Positions 29,486-41,748 of a stretch of 64,000 bases of DNA are shown here, piece after piece (the stretch's first letter is position 1; each line of letters starts with the position of its first letter). The position numbers and the translations under genes were made by a program. This stretch comes from Octopus vulgaris (lineage: Eukaryota): contig OX597825.1 of the NCBI GenBank assembly GCA_951406725.2, positions 85,870,001 through 85,934,000 of the forward strand, given 5' to 3'. The notes under the pieces were generated by a model. That model made no database searches. It was not told the origin of the DNA and was given only the letters and a program-made list of their open reading frames with translations.

Positions 29486-29666
29486 AAGGAAAAGTTTACG
29501 AAAATAAACAAAAGACGAAGGCAGGTGGAGTGCAAACAATCAAATGTAAATAGAAAAAGTCTTTTACGTTTCGAGCCTACGCTCTTCGACAGAAAGATAC
29601 ACAGAAAAAAACAAGGAGAGAAACAAGGAGAGAAAAAAATGCGTGTAGGATCTAACGATCTATCAT
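29486..29666 (-). mobile_element. Short PLE-type element with variant hammerhead (29560-29597)
   Basis: Minus strand UCUUU-CUGUCGA-A-GAGC-GUAG-GCUC-GAAAC-GUA-AAAGA: perfect stems I and II, with U at core position 6. Confidence 0.7.
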
Positions 29667-30166
29667 ACCGATATACACATATATGTCCTTTTTTAACGAC
29701 GGAGCTCGAAGTAGATAAAGCTATAAGTAACTGAGTACAAATTCTGAATGAAAACCCTTTAGAGAGAAATTTTTTCGTGGGTGTGGAGCCTGCATCTTCT
29801 GTAAAATGACGTGTGTGTGTATGTAAACAATATTTAATTTATGCACGACACCATATATCAGAATAAATTAAATATACTTAAATATTACAAAGCTCTTCTA
29901 AATAAGAATGTAAATAGATTCTGCCTACGCTCTGGCTTTTTGCAAAGAGGAGCATCAGGTACCTGAATCAATAAACATATTATTATAAAGTCCTACTCTG
30001 GGGCTTTGTAACATTTCGATTTATTTCAGTCTATGCTGTGTCATGTACAAAATAGATATTGTTTATTAATATGCGAATTATACTGTTTACTGCGTTGCTA
30101 GCCTGATTTCTGACATCTTTATGTAGCTGCTGATCTAATCTATTGACTGAAAAACAAATCGTGCGT

Positions 30167-30216
30167 GACTTCTCTGAGGAGCGTACAGCAATCCATGAAA
30201 CGGTCCACCAAAAGTC
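30167..30216 (+). ncRNA. Decayed hammerhead ribozyme motif
   Basis: GACUUCU-CUGAGGA-...-GAAAC-GGUCCACC-A-AAAGUC. Stem I is visible, stem II is broken and the cleavage triplet appears deleted. Confidence 0.4.
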
Positions 30217-30315
30217 TAGTCAATTTTTTGCACATCAGTGTAATAGAAAGAGTATATTTACGCTTCTGTTTACGGTCACCGACAGTGAGGCCTTGTAATA
30301 AATGTATGTATATTA

Positions 30316-30377
<62 letters not shown>

Positions 30378-30405
30378 TAGATTTTCATAGTATTTTTGTT
30401 TGTCT

Positions 30406-30468
30406 TAATAACTGACGAGATGCCAGAGCAGATTTCCGCCCCGACATCCGAAACTCTGAGTTTTATCA
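30406..30468 (+). ncRNA. Type I hammerhead ribozyme motif (partly decayed)
   Basis: UAAUAA-CUGACGA-GAUG...CAUC-C-GAAAC-UCUGA-GUU-UUAUCA, with a long imperfect stem II. Lies in a ~200-bp island between (TA)n tracts. Confidence 0.6.
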
Positions 30469-30569
30469 TGGCAACCGAATAATTGTCACAAATTATAGTA
30501 CAGATAAATTCCTCTAATTACATAATATCGAGGTCTCATTCATTCTTTTGTTGTCATACTATTATTATT

Positions 30570-30601
<32 letters not shown>

Positions 30602-30688
30602 TAATAATAAATATTAGGGAATAAATCCAAATTTACAGGGAAAAAATCAGATTTAGGATTAAATCCAATTTTATAGTAAAATATTATA

Positions 30689-30837
30689 AAATATTATTAG
30701 AGACAAAACCACTATTTTGCAAAACAAACAAGGAAAGACTTAATCAATACATAAAATTTGACTATTTATTAAAATTTTATGTATTGATTAAGTCTTTCCT
30801 TGTTTGTTTTGCAAAATAGTGGTTTTGTCTCTAATAA

Positions 30838-30842
<5 letters not shown>
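30689..30842. repeat. Perfect 71-bp inverted repeat with 12-nt spacer
   Basis: 30689-30759 is the exact reverse complement of 30772-30842. Confidence 0.97.
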
Positions 30843-30906
<64 letters not shown>

Positions 30907-30908
<2 letters not shown>

Positions 30909-31487
30909 TTTTTGTATTTGGTTTGCAAGATTCTTTATGTGAATTCGTGTGTTGAAGCGTATTTTATTGTGTCTGGGGAGAGTCATTCTGTTTTAGTGCC
31001 TTATTAAGTTAACATATTCACCAGTAAAGTTTCCCTCATTTGCCTATTTATTTTTACTAAAATTTTCATTGCGCTCTGCGACTTTTTCAATTGTCGTTGA
31101 CTCTGTCCGTTATCGGAATTCTGTTGCTTTTGTTTGTTTGTTCGCATGCGTGTGTGTAAGTGTGCGTGTGCATACACGTATGTATGTATGTGTGCATACA
31201 CGTATGTATGTGTGCATACACATATATATGCATACACATACACAAACAGGCATACACACGCATACATACATGCAAATATGTATGCACACGCACATTGACG
31301 CACACGCATGCGCACAAACAAACAAAACAAAACGTAGTTCCGATAACGGACAGAATCAACGACCATTGAATAGGTTACAAGACGCAACGCAAATTTTAGT
31401 AAAAATAAATGAGTGAGTGGAAATTTTACCGGTGCGTGTGTTAAATCAATAAGTCACTAAAAGAGAATGACTCTCGTCAGACACAAT
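30907..31487. mobile_element. Foldback/MITE-like family F with ~200-bp diverged inverted arms
   Basis: ~30966-31175 is inverted at ~31280-31487 (for example GTCGTTGACTCTGTCCGTTATCGGAA / TTCCGATAACGGACAGAATCAACGAC). Microsatellite centre; flanked by (TA)n. Confidence 0.85.
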
Positions 31488-31699
31488 CGTATATATATAT
31501 ATATATATATTCCTTTGTACTTCTTTTAAAGTACAAGACATTCATACACAAAATAGAATATTCAACACTTCATTTTATGGTGACTACTTTAAATAATTAA
31601 TTCTGCTTCGACCCTGTTTAATCTATTCGCATCGAGTTTCTGTTTGTGGATCCAAACTAAATATACATTGTAATCCTGGACGGAGGAAATTAGAGATTA

Positions 31700-32210
31700 G
31701 TGACGTCATGTGACTATCGAAGTGGACGGAGAAGCCTGTATAGTGATGACAAGTGATTAAACAGTATCTATTGTTTACCATCGACCTGCTTAATCAGGAT
31801 TAACTGCTGCTACAATAAGCAGAGATGTCATTGACGCTGTCACCAATACCGCCATATTTACACATGTTTGTTTAACTTTTGAAATTAGAAAAGTGCAGCC
31901 ACCATGATAATTACGGATTGTCACTGATTGTTTGGTGCAGGTTTTGTCCAGATTGGAATTTCCTGGGATTTGTAACTACAAGGAAATAAAGAAACCGGTT
32001 TGGTTTAATGGCTGAAAGGCTGTGACGAGTTTCTGGCAGAATTTCTGGGTGTGAGTCACAACAGGGCTTTTATAAAAGAATCTGCATCCGAGTGGACCAA
32101 GGTGGACGTTGTACACAGATTAAGTGATTAGGTCAGCTAAAGTTGCTGCACACACGATATGAGTTGGTAGAGAGAAGATACTACAGGTTTGTGGGTTTCC
32201 AGGAATTGAA
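31700..32210 (+). promoter_or_regulatory. Candidate inducible promoter/enhancer
   Basis: CRE TGACGTCA at 31701, kB-like TGGAATTTCC at 31954, AP-1 TGAGTCA at 32052, TATAAAAG at 32071 and STAT TTCCAGGAA at 32197, in a microsatellite-free island. Confidence 0.35.
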
Positions 32211-33051
32211 TTGCTGGTCAGAGAAGATCGAGGTTTGGCTACTACCACCAACAGTCACTGCTGCAACTGCCATTTCAGCCACTGACCATTACTTTATTTT
32301 TATTCCAACACATAAGACAGCTATTATGCTTACTCCCCAAAAAAGCCATCACGTGGATTCTGTTGAAACCAGTAAGAAACAATTATGAACTTTTTTATTA
32401 CACTTAGCTTTTTAAAATATTTTTGATAAAGTTCGTTTTTTCAAGAACCGAAACATGTAAAATTTCTAAGAAAATTAAAATCTATCTTATATAGTGGCGT
32501 TTTCAAACTTCATTTTTATAAATATATACCCACTCGTATACGACCTACACTTATTATAAATATATATATACACGCACACATGCGTGCATAAATTCATACA
32601 TGTGTCCATGCACAGGTGAATATATTTATATTCTAAAATATGTTGAATTACACACTCGCTCTTTCTCTTTCTCTCTCTGGCTACATATATATAGAGAGAG
32701 AAGGGAGAGGGGAGATAGAGGGGGGAGAGAGGAAAGAAGGATGAGAGAGAGGAGAGAAGGGAGATAGAGAAAGAGAGGGAAGAGAGAGGGGAGAGGGGAG
32801 ATAGAAGAGGAGAGGGGAGGAAGAGATATATATGGATATAGATATATGGATACATACATACAGAAACCTCACATATATACATGCATATATATACATATCT
32901 ACTATACATAATTATATATATCAGGGAATAGACAGACATATAAACATGCATATATGTATGTCCATCTGTGTGTAAATATATTAAATTGGTTTATAAATAT
33001 GCGTGTGTATACATATACATACATATATACACATATATATATATGTATATA

Positions 33052-33121
<70 letters not shown>

Positions 33122-33489
33122 CAGCATATGGTGTTTACATAGCTGTGTGTCAACACATGTCTGTATTCCGAGTGTCTGGAGATAAGCCATAATCGAGCGA
33201 GTCGAGGTTATCCACACACAAAATGTCAAATGGTTCTGGAGTTGTTTTTTGACATTCACTTGATTGAACAAACAGATCGATCGATTCTACCAATCATCGA
33301 ACCAACGAACAGCCGATCAACCAACCAACCAACCGGCACGCCAACCGATTGAACAACAAGCCAGCCTTCGACCAGCCCAACCAGCCAGCCAGCCACTTTT
33401 CCTTCGAACCAATCCTCGAGCCTTCTGGCCAACCAGGCACCCAACCTAACTCTCCCACAGAAACTAAAATGGAAAACTAACAAATCTTT

Positions 33490-33660
33490 TATATTTTACT
33501 TTCTCAGACTTTGGGCTTCGATTATGCTGGGCAACGCCTTCAGGAATTGAATGAGTCGACCCCAAAACTTATTATCTTTATAAGCCTGGTACTTATTCTA
33601 TTGGTCATTCTTGACCGGTTGGCAAGCAGAGGTCGGGACAAACTCAAACACAAAGACACA
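33490..33660 (-). mobile_element. SINE family A, degraded 3' half
   Basis: GTCGACCCC...CTTTATAAGCCTGGTACTTATTCTATTGGTC. Confidence 0.6.
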
Positions 33661-33693
33661 CGCGCGCGCGCGCGCAAACATATATATTCGCCA

Positions 33694-33890
33694 TGATAGA
33701 TCGCTAGCCACTAAACCTTTTTATCTCTCCCTGTTTTTTTCTGTGTTCCTTTCTGTCGAAGAACATAGGCTCGCAACGTAAAAGACTTTCTTACTTCCCG
33801 GGCGTTAAACGAATACATCGATTTGTTGTTTACACACCCGTCTTCGCTTTCTGTTTGTTTGTTTGTTTGTTTGCTTTTTTGTAAATTCTC
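33694..33890 (+). mobile_element. Second copy of the CUGUCGA hammerhead element
   Basis: Homologous to the reverse complement of 29486-29666; motif CCUUU-CUGUCGA-AGAAC-AUAG-GCUC-GCAAC-GUA-AAAGA at 33748-33785. Confidence 0.7.
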
Positions 33891-33985
33891 ATCATATATA
33901 TACATATATATAAGAAAAATAAGAAAATAGAGATTAATCAATTAATATATATCCATACATACATATGTAAATATATACATACATA

Positions 33986-34314
33986 TGGTGGTGACCCCCT
34001 TCGGTCAGGCACTGAGCATGGGTTTGCACCTAAAGAGTTACCCTCTGAGGCACAAGTCTGGGCAAGGTTGTTTTATGGAAGACCAGCAGTCGCCCATGCA
34101 TACCGGCCTCCCTCTCCACGTCACCGATGTTGTCCAAGGGAAAGGCAAGGACCGATACAGCTTGACACCTGTGACGTCGCAACTCATTTCTACAGCTGAG
34201 TGAACTGGAGCAGCGTGAAATAAAGTGTCTTGCTCAAGAACACAACACGCAGCCCGGTCCGGGATTCGAGCTCACAACCTCACGATCGTAAGCTCGACGC
34301 TCTAACCACTGAGC
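33986..34314 (-). mobile_element. tRNA-derived SINE, head C with tail 2 (RTE-like)
   Basis: Minus strand GCTCAGTGGTTAGAGCG...GCTCGAATCC...CTTGAGCAAGACACTTTATTTCACGCTGCTCCAGTTCACTCAGCTG, then a distinct tail ending TGACCGAAGGGGGTC. Confidence 0.85.
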
Positions 34315-34623
34315 AGGATAGAGACAGGTATTCTCTATTTAGAATACATTTCGTAGTGTTCGGTTAACTTAGCTGAAATGTTCCGTACAGTTAACACGTG
34401 TACATCATTGCAAATAGAATGCTGACCCCCATCTAAGCAGGGGATATTGGCAGCAGCAGATGTAATATGTGACTATCAGAAACTTATCCCTTCCACAAGA
34501 AACGAAGGAGTAGACATTCCAAATAAATATTTCTTTAGAGACGCAAAAAGAGCAGTCGAGGAATGCTATAGTTATGATCTTAATAATAATAATAATAGTA
34601 ATAATAATAATAATAATAATAAC

Positions 34624-34685
<62 letters not shown>

Positions 34686-35281
34686 TAATAATGTCTTGGT
34701 ATAAAAATATGGGCTAATGCAAATATTCTGCTCAATATCACAGATTTGATTGTCAGTTGCTTGACCTTAAGAAGTTGAACATGTCCCTTAGTAACTGGTG
34801 ATATGGGTATTTCTGAGCTCGACCAGAAGTAGTGGAGGAGCATCATAGCCATGTTTTGAGAGGAATTCTTTGGAATTTGAATAATTCAGTTTTGGAGACA
34901 TGGGTGCTTCGTTCATCATCCTTAAACAACCTTCATTCAAGAACTTTTTGAGCGGGAAGCACTATTCGACCTGAAGAAAATTCTACCTGGGCCCCACTTG
35001 CAAGGTCATGCGCTGTTTATCTTGATATAAGGTCCCCTTTTCGCGCACATATGTACATTGTGATGTATTTGCGGCCATCACTGTGATGATCGCGGCCATC
35101 CCCACCACGACCTCCACGATCACCAAGACGATGACGACTGCGATAACGATGGTGATGATGATGATGATGATGATGATAATCAATTACATTAAGCACATAA
35201 TTGAAAATAAGGTCAACACAAGCTTGTTGATGTTGACCTTGACCTTAAAGTTGTTGCTGTTGTTATTGTTGTTGTTGTTGT

Positions 35282-35316
<35 letters not shown>

Positions 35317-35381
35317 TGGAGACACGAACGTAAACAAATATTTGATGTTCCTGATATTGATATATATTATATTTGTGTGTG

Positions 35382-35423
<42 letters not shown>

Positions 35424-35955
35424 GTAGAGAGAGAGATGGGTGTGTGTGTGTATACATACTTATATAGACACACACACACACACACACACACAGCAGTGTG
35501 ATATTTGTGGCAAACATTTTAACGGGGAAAAAACTAAGATTTATGTTTCCGTTTGTCATAGTTTTGCAGATCTGTTGACATTTTAATGTGTTTAGTCAGT
35601 TGTTGTGATACATATTTGACCTTTTTAATATACATCACATGGACACTTCTTGCTTATGGATAAACTGTGGGAGGATAGAAAGAGAGAAAAAGAGAGGGAG
35701 ATTAATAGCGAGCGAGAGAGAAAGAGAAAGTAAACTGGGGGTAAAGGGGAATATTGATTTTTTTTAAAGATATGTGCAGCTTTTGATGTCTGTATATTCG
35801 TATTATTTTTTCGTGTACAATCGTTCGCTTAATCCTTCTCTCTATGTTTGTATTAGTATCCGTATTACACACACAAATACACACTTATATTATACATGAC
35901 TTTACATATAAATATATATACACCCATATATATATATATATGTGTGTATGTGTGT

Positions 35956-36050
<95 letters not shown>

Positions 36051-36669
36051 TAGATATAGATATATACATGCATGCACGCTCACGCTCATACACACACACA
36101 CACGAAATGCTATTAAAATTATTTCATATCTGACAGGAATTCCTTCCGACTTTGCTAAGCGCGGTCACAAAAGAATTGCCATCATTTGTGGCAAGATATT
36201 TTCAACGAATTTATGTCGCTAACGTTTCCTGTGTGTATCTGTGTGAGCTTACAGCATACGTGGATACATTAAACCTACACATGATACATGCAGACATACG
36301 CACACAGATATATATAAATATATACACATGTGTGTGTATATACATACACATATACATATATAGATGTATACGTGCTTACGTACACACAAGAAACCTCTAC
36401 ACAGTAGGGAGCGTTGCAAAAAATATCGGTAAAAACTCCCTGCATTCATTCTTACCATATTAAAATGCAACTTTGCTATTTTGTTATTGCTGTTCTTGAT
36501 CTTGTTCTTGTTACTGTTGCTGTTGTCTTTGTCGTTTTTGCTATTTCTAGCCTAAAGCTTGCCTTTAATGAACAAACCAGCGCTAAACAATGTTCCGGTC
36601 ACAAATGTCCTGTCTTTTGTAAATCAAATTCTTTAATATCACGCGTGTTCTTCCCTTTTGGAGAGAATT

Positions 36670-36890
36670 GTATCAATGATTTGAGGAATATTTGACTGCT
36701 TATCTCTAGCTTTAGTATCCATATGATAAAAGCTCTCCAACCGTGACCATCCGACATTTTGCACATCACAGCCTACATTCTGCAGCGTATCGTTAAGGGG
36801 GTAAAATGTGATTTGAGTGACCTAACTGTTATTTCTAGTAGGTCTAATCAAACAGACCTGTGATAAAAAGCGTTCCGGTCGTGATCATCT
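36670..36890 (-). repeat. Family D, tandem partial copies
   Basis: GATTTGAG...CTG(C/T)T.(T)TCTAG and TGATAAAA..(G)..CC..CGTGA.CATC each occur twice. Confidence 0.55.
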
Positions 36891-36956
36891 TGTAGATGTG
36901 AAAAGGAGGTCGACCAAAAAGAGAAAAATAAAAAACAGTCCAGCGTGCTTTTGTAT

Positions 36957-38275
36957 TCATGAACTGTCCGCTGACGGAATTGTGCGAAATGGTGTCATCT
37001 GTAGGGCAGCGTTGTACCGTCTAATATTGTTTTGGGAGTGCTTGGAATCTTGGTCAGTTGATGACAACAGTTTCTTCAATGGCTCTAGGGGCTGGGGGAT
37101 ATCAGGGAGTTTAACCTTTCCACCGCTGCAGCAAAGTGCAGGCATCTCTTCAGGCCACTCCCTTACTTTACAATGTATGCACTCAGTTCTCAGTGCACCA
37201 ATGGAAATTCTAGTGTCATCTGCATAAATGAATTGCTGGATCATAATTGAAAGCTGCTTCGTAGAAGTTGTTTCTCTGAGCTGTTGCAGCTGCTCTTCGT
37301 TCTGTAGTGGAGATCCTATTCCTTGTCAGCCATGCATACCTCTGTTCATCACTTTGAGATGCTCTGGATTTTGTAGTGCACAGTCTGTTCGTTTCTTGGT
37401 ATGCTTCCCTTTCTGTAGCTGTCTCTCTTTCCCTGGATAAAAAACATTCTTTTGGCTGACCTTGACATTGTAGACAAATTTGACACTTTCCCTCTAGGCA
37501 TGGTTACATAACTATACAGAAATACACGGGGGCAGTAGATAGTAATCAATGAAAATAACTGGGGAACGGAAATTATATTTCTTAATACGACGGGCAGAAA
37601 GTAAATAAGAAATTTTTACGGAAAATAAAGAATTGTACGAGTTGAAGCGAAATTTGTCAGTGAACCAAAGAGCTAGTTTCGAAAGAACCAGAAAAAAGAC
37701 TTTGACAACAGAAAAGCACAAAACTGTTGCAAAAGCAAATAAGAAATTTTTAGGGAAATTAACTAAATGTACGGATTTAAGTGAAATGTTTGAAGTTATT
37801 TCTGTCACTAAATTATGAACTTTCTATTATCAGTAATTCCGTCAACAACAAAAAATACAAAACTTTGCAAAAGTAAACAAGAAATTTGTAGGCAAATTTA
37901 ACGAAGTGTACGGATTGAAGAGAAATTTATGAAGTTGCATCAGTCAGTAAATTATATATGAAATATCTGTCATCAGTAATTGTGAACTTCTTTCTGTCAG
38001 TAATTCGACGTTGTTGCTTGTAAATAGCGATTGAAAACTTACAGTGAAAGCAATAGCGATTGAACTTAATGTGAAAACAATAGCGTCTGAAAAATGAAAG
38101 TGAAAACCCAGGAGCGGGTGTATTCTGCCCCTAGGAAGCCTGTTATTCATTATTATGAAAGATTTTCAGAGTCTAAAACCATCCCCAGAACATAAGTAAT
38201 GTATGTTCCCAGTTTGGAGAAAATCAGTTGAAAAATACAGTCGTTATAATCTTTTACATACACATACACACAACA

Positions 38276-38280
<5 letters not shown>
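36957..38280 (-). mobile_element. Helitron 5' fragment: terminus, minisatellite and decayed RepHel N-terminus
   Basis: CIHCKVREWPEEMPALCCSGGKVKLP...LL...SKHSQNNIRRYNAALQMTPF is the typical Helitron RepHel N-terminal Zn-finger segment. Putative start MPRGK at ~37502, three diverged ~135-bp repeats at 37598-37960, and a Helitron-like 5' end (microsatellite then CTGATTTTCTCCAAACTGGGAACATAC). Confidence 0.85.
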
Positions 38281-38318
<38 letters not shown>

Positions 38319-38950
38319 TGCATGTATGTATATATGTATGTTTGTATGTATAAACATATGTACATACACATACACTCACACGCATACATGTTGTTGCTGT
38401 TACCATGAAAACCCTAGCATATATATACATACATAATAGCCGATATAAATGTTGGTTGGTTGGTGGGTTGGTTCTCCAGTAACACTTTACAATTCCTAAA
38501 AGAGAAGGGGCAACTGGAGTAAAAGAGTAACAGAGAGAGAGATGACATAAGCGATTCAGACTGAATGTATAAACGAGGCGTTTGGGTCGGTAACGAGACA
38601 AGGAACGATAAAGACACACACAATGAGAGAGAAAGAATCAAAGACAGACGGGGAGGAAGAGGAGGAGGAGGGGGAGGAGGAGGAGGACAAATGACGGACT
38701 AGTTGTGGGAAGAGTTATACAAATGAGAAATTTGTTTTTTATTTCTGTCTATTTTAGGGTTAATTAATTTTTTTCTTTTGAAAATTTTTATTCATCCATC
38801 ATTTTGCATAAACACCAACACATTTAATAAAAGTTAAATTAGAATTATTTTTATATGTGCAGACTTTCCCGACACTCTCCATGGTAGCGAAATTATACCT
38901 CCAATGTTGCTCTTCGTATGACAGGTAACACTCTAACACACACATATATA

Positions 38951-38991
<41 letters not shown>

Positions 38992-39140
38992 TTAAAAATC
39001 AATGCAGAGGATAAAAAAAAAGTAGCAGCCAAGATATTACCATGAAAACCCTGGCACTTGACATTATAAACACAAAGATGAAATTTGCTGCAGTAACAAG
39101 AACAACAGAAGCAGCAGCAGCAGCAGCAGTAGCAGCAACT

Positions 39141-39174
<34 letters not shown>

Positions 39175-39874
39175 CAGCAGCAGTTGCAACGCCTGTAACT
39201 TTTGGCACACATTGCAGGGGAGATTTATATTTTAGCAAATACATTAATTATGGTTTGTGTATTTGTTGTTTATCGTCGTCGTTGTTGTTGTTGTTGTTGG
39301 TGTTGTTGTTTCAGCCTCTATCTCTTCACTGAACAAACAATAGAGAAATAGTTTTTTGGGGGTGGTGGGCATGGGTTGGAGAGAATGCGAACTGACTTGA
39401 GGTATTAAATCTCAATATATTTTAGACGAAGACACTAAACCGAATCAATAAACGGAACAATGAAAAACAAAAGAAAAACAAAAGAAAAACAAAAAGAAAC
39501 AAGTATCATTGAAAATTCCCTAAAAATATAAAAATGAAACAAGCGAAATGAAAAAAATAACGTCCCATCCCATCCCGCCACGACAACCACCAACAAAAAT
39601 TTTATAATTAAATGAATAAATAGAAATAGTATTTATTTTGCGATAAGGTGTTTGTTTTTTGTTTTTGGTCAGAAGGGTTTTATTTTTCCCTCGTCGAACA
39701 TTTATTATATTGAATTGTGTTTTGGTGGAAATGGTGTCACTCCCAAGAAGGCGACAAGGAACCAGCAATAACCATTTAGGTCAGCGGGGAGTTTAGAAAC
39801 ACATCGTCAGATGTATTCATTTCGAGGAAGATCATGTGGGACACGGGTAGTGGTGTTGATGCTGTTATAATTAT

Positions 39875-40010
39875 TGTTTTTCTTCTTCTTTCAATTTTGT
39901 TTCCATCTCTTGCCGAGTGTCTTCCCGACACGTAGAGCAAAGACATTCACTACATACGTTGGTAGGTCATTAAAATAAACACACACAGCCTTTGCTTTCC
40001 TCAGAATAAT
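39875..40010 (-). mobile_element. Probable short 3' end of another R4/Dong-like LINE
   Basis: Minus strand ILRKA followed by CTCTACGTGTCGGGAAGACACTCGGCAAGAGAT, resembling the neighbouring element's CCTAGGACCTCGGGTGCGTCTCGGCAAGTGAT; abuts (TAA)n. Confidence 0.5.
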
Positions 40011-40015
40011 TGTTA

Positions 40016-40079
<64 letters not shown>

Positions 40080-40104
40080 CATCATCATCATCATCATTGT
40101 TATT

Positions 40105-40580
40105 ATTATTATTATTTACTTTTAATCTGGCTGTTTGTTACAATCACTTGCCGAGACGCACCCGAGGTCCTAGGGCGAGTGAAGGATAAGAGATGTTACA
40201 GTATGGTTGGAAGTTTGGGGAGGGGAAGTGACAGGGGCAATAGGGAGATATATTCAAGTAATACAACACAGACATTTAAATGGATAAGGATTTTCTAAAG
40301 ATGTGGGCAGTACTTGTCAGTATAATCTTTTGGATTTCTCTGAGACATGGCTCTCCTGGGATCTTATCTAGATGTTTCTGACATCCCCTTTTTATCATAC
40401 GCAGGGCACCTACAATAGCAGGAACAGTTCTCGTTTTAAGCTGCCACATCTTATGTATTTCAATTTCCAGATCTCTTTATTTACTTAATTTGTCAAATTC
40501 CTTTAGATATATTTTTATCAGTGGGAACGCTAACATCTGTTAGTCTACAAGCTTTTTGTCCTCCCTGTCTTTAATTATAT
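40105..40580 (-). mobile_element. R4/Dong-like LINE 3' fragment, family 3
   Basis: Minus translation DVSVPTDKN...FDKLSK*RDLEIEIHKMWQLKTRTVPAIVGALRMIK...IQKIILTSTAHIFRKSLSI*, then a 3' UTR and (TAA)n tail. Confidence 0.88.
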
Positions 40581-40896
40581 ATAACGTTGCTCTTAGGCAG
40601 ATCTAATTCTTGTTTAAGGGGTAGTGGGAGTGACGGAATGATTACACTTGTAGGTACAATTCCTAGAAGCATTTAAGAAGGTTCGCTTTCCTTCTGGGGA
40701 TAAACGTGTAGGGATACACCCGAAATAGAGAATCTTAAGCACCATTTAAAGGAAGTTGTGGGTGGATGAAGGAGATTCGTCAATCAATTCTAGTAAATCG
40801 AACGATCACAGAGATGCTCCCAATTCATTTTCTTTGAATTAAGGAAGAAAAAATATGAAAAAATTAGGCAAAACACGCCATAAAGAATGCGAGATA

Positions 40897-41239
40897 ATGG
40901 TTACTGATTCAGGCACAAGACCAGAAATTTGTGGGTGGGGGGCATGGGGATTCGTCGATCATATCGACCTCAGTACTGGACTTATCGAAAGGATCGACAA
41001 AGTTGACCTCGGTGGGGTTTGAACTCGGAACCTAAAAAGCTAGAAAACAATATGAAATAAATGTTTCTAATATAGGCACAAGGTTTTAAATTTTGCAAAA
41101 TGATTATATCGACCCGAATACTTGACTGGTACCTTATTTTATTGGTTCTATAAGGATGAAAGACAGCGTTATCTTCGGTGGGATTTGATCTCAGAACATT
41201 CTGTCCGGCGTTCCAATGACTCTGCCAGTTCGCCGCCTT
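40897..41239 (-). mobile_element. Two degraded SINE B units in tandem
   Basis: AGGCACAAG...ATCGACC...TTGA(A/T)CTC(G/A)GAAC occurs twice; head end CTGCCAGTTCGCCGCCTT. Confidence 0.75.
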
Positions 41240-41363
41240 TACACGATAATGGCATCAAAATACTGAGGCTTTTCTGTCCTTAGTTTAAACTAATGTTAGT
41301 GTTCTACAAGGTGGAAACAGATGAAGGTAAGGATCCCTATGGTTTAGTGTCACGGATATGAAT

Positions 41364-41610
41364 ATGGCGGCAGAGTCGTCAGAGCCGTTAGTGAGTCGAA
41401 CAAAATGCTTCACGGGATTTATTCCGACTCTCTGCGCTCAGCGTTCAAATCTCGCTCGGGGTCAAATTTGTCTTTCTTTCCTTCAGGGTCGTTTAACATC
41501 CGCAATCCAATGTTATGGGTTGACTTAAATTATTTTAAAACGTCAGAGCGGATTTCTCGTGATATTTGTTCCGGTAGTCTGAGTTCAAATCCCGTCATGT
41601 GACTGACTTA
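41364..41610 (+). mobile_element. Degraded SINE B, opposite orientation
   Basis: ATGGCGG...AAAATGCTT...GTTCAAATC...GGTCAAATTTGTCTTTCTTTCCTTCAGGGTCG, plus a second CTGAGTTCAAATCCCG. Confidence 0.6.
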
Positions 41611-41748
41611 ACGTATCGCCCAGCTTAACCCCACCAACTGGGCCCTTGAGTGTCTTCAGTGCAGTTGCGCCTGTTGCAATCATTCGGGCCACATCTCCAC
41701 TTTAAGGACACCATCTTCCTTCACTTCTGCCAGACTCAAAATACTTAC

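Noticed and set aside
37598-37960. Spaced direct repeats superficially like a CRISPR array
   Set aside because: Eukaryotic context, diverged ~135-bp whole-unit repeats inside a Helitron, and no cas genes.
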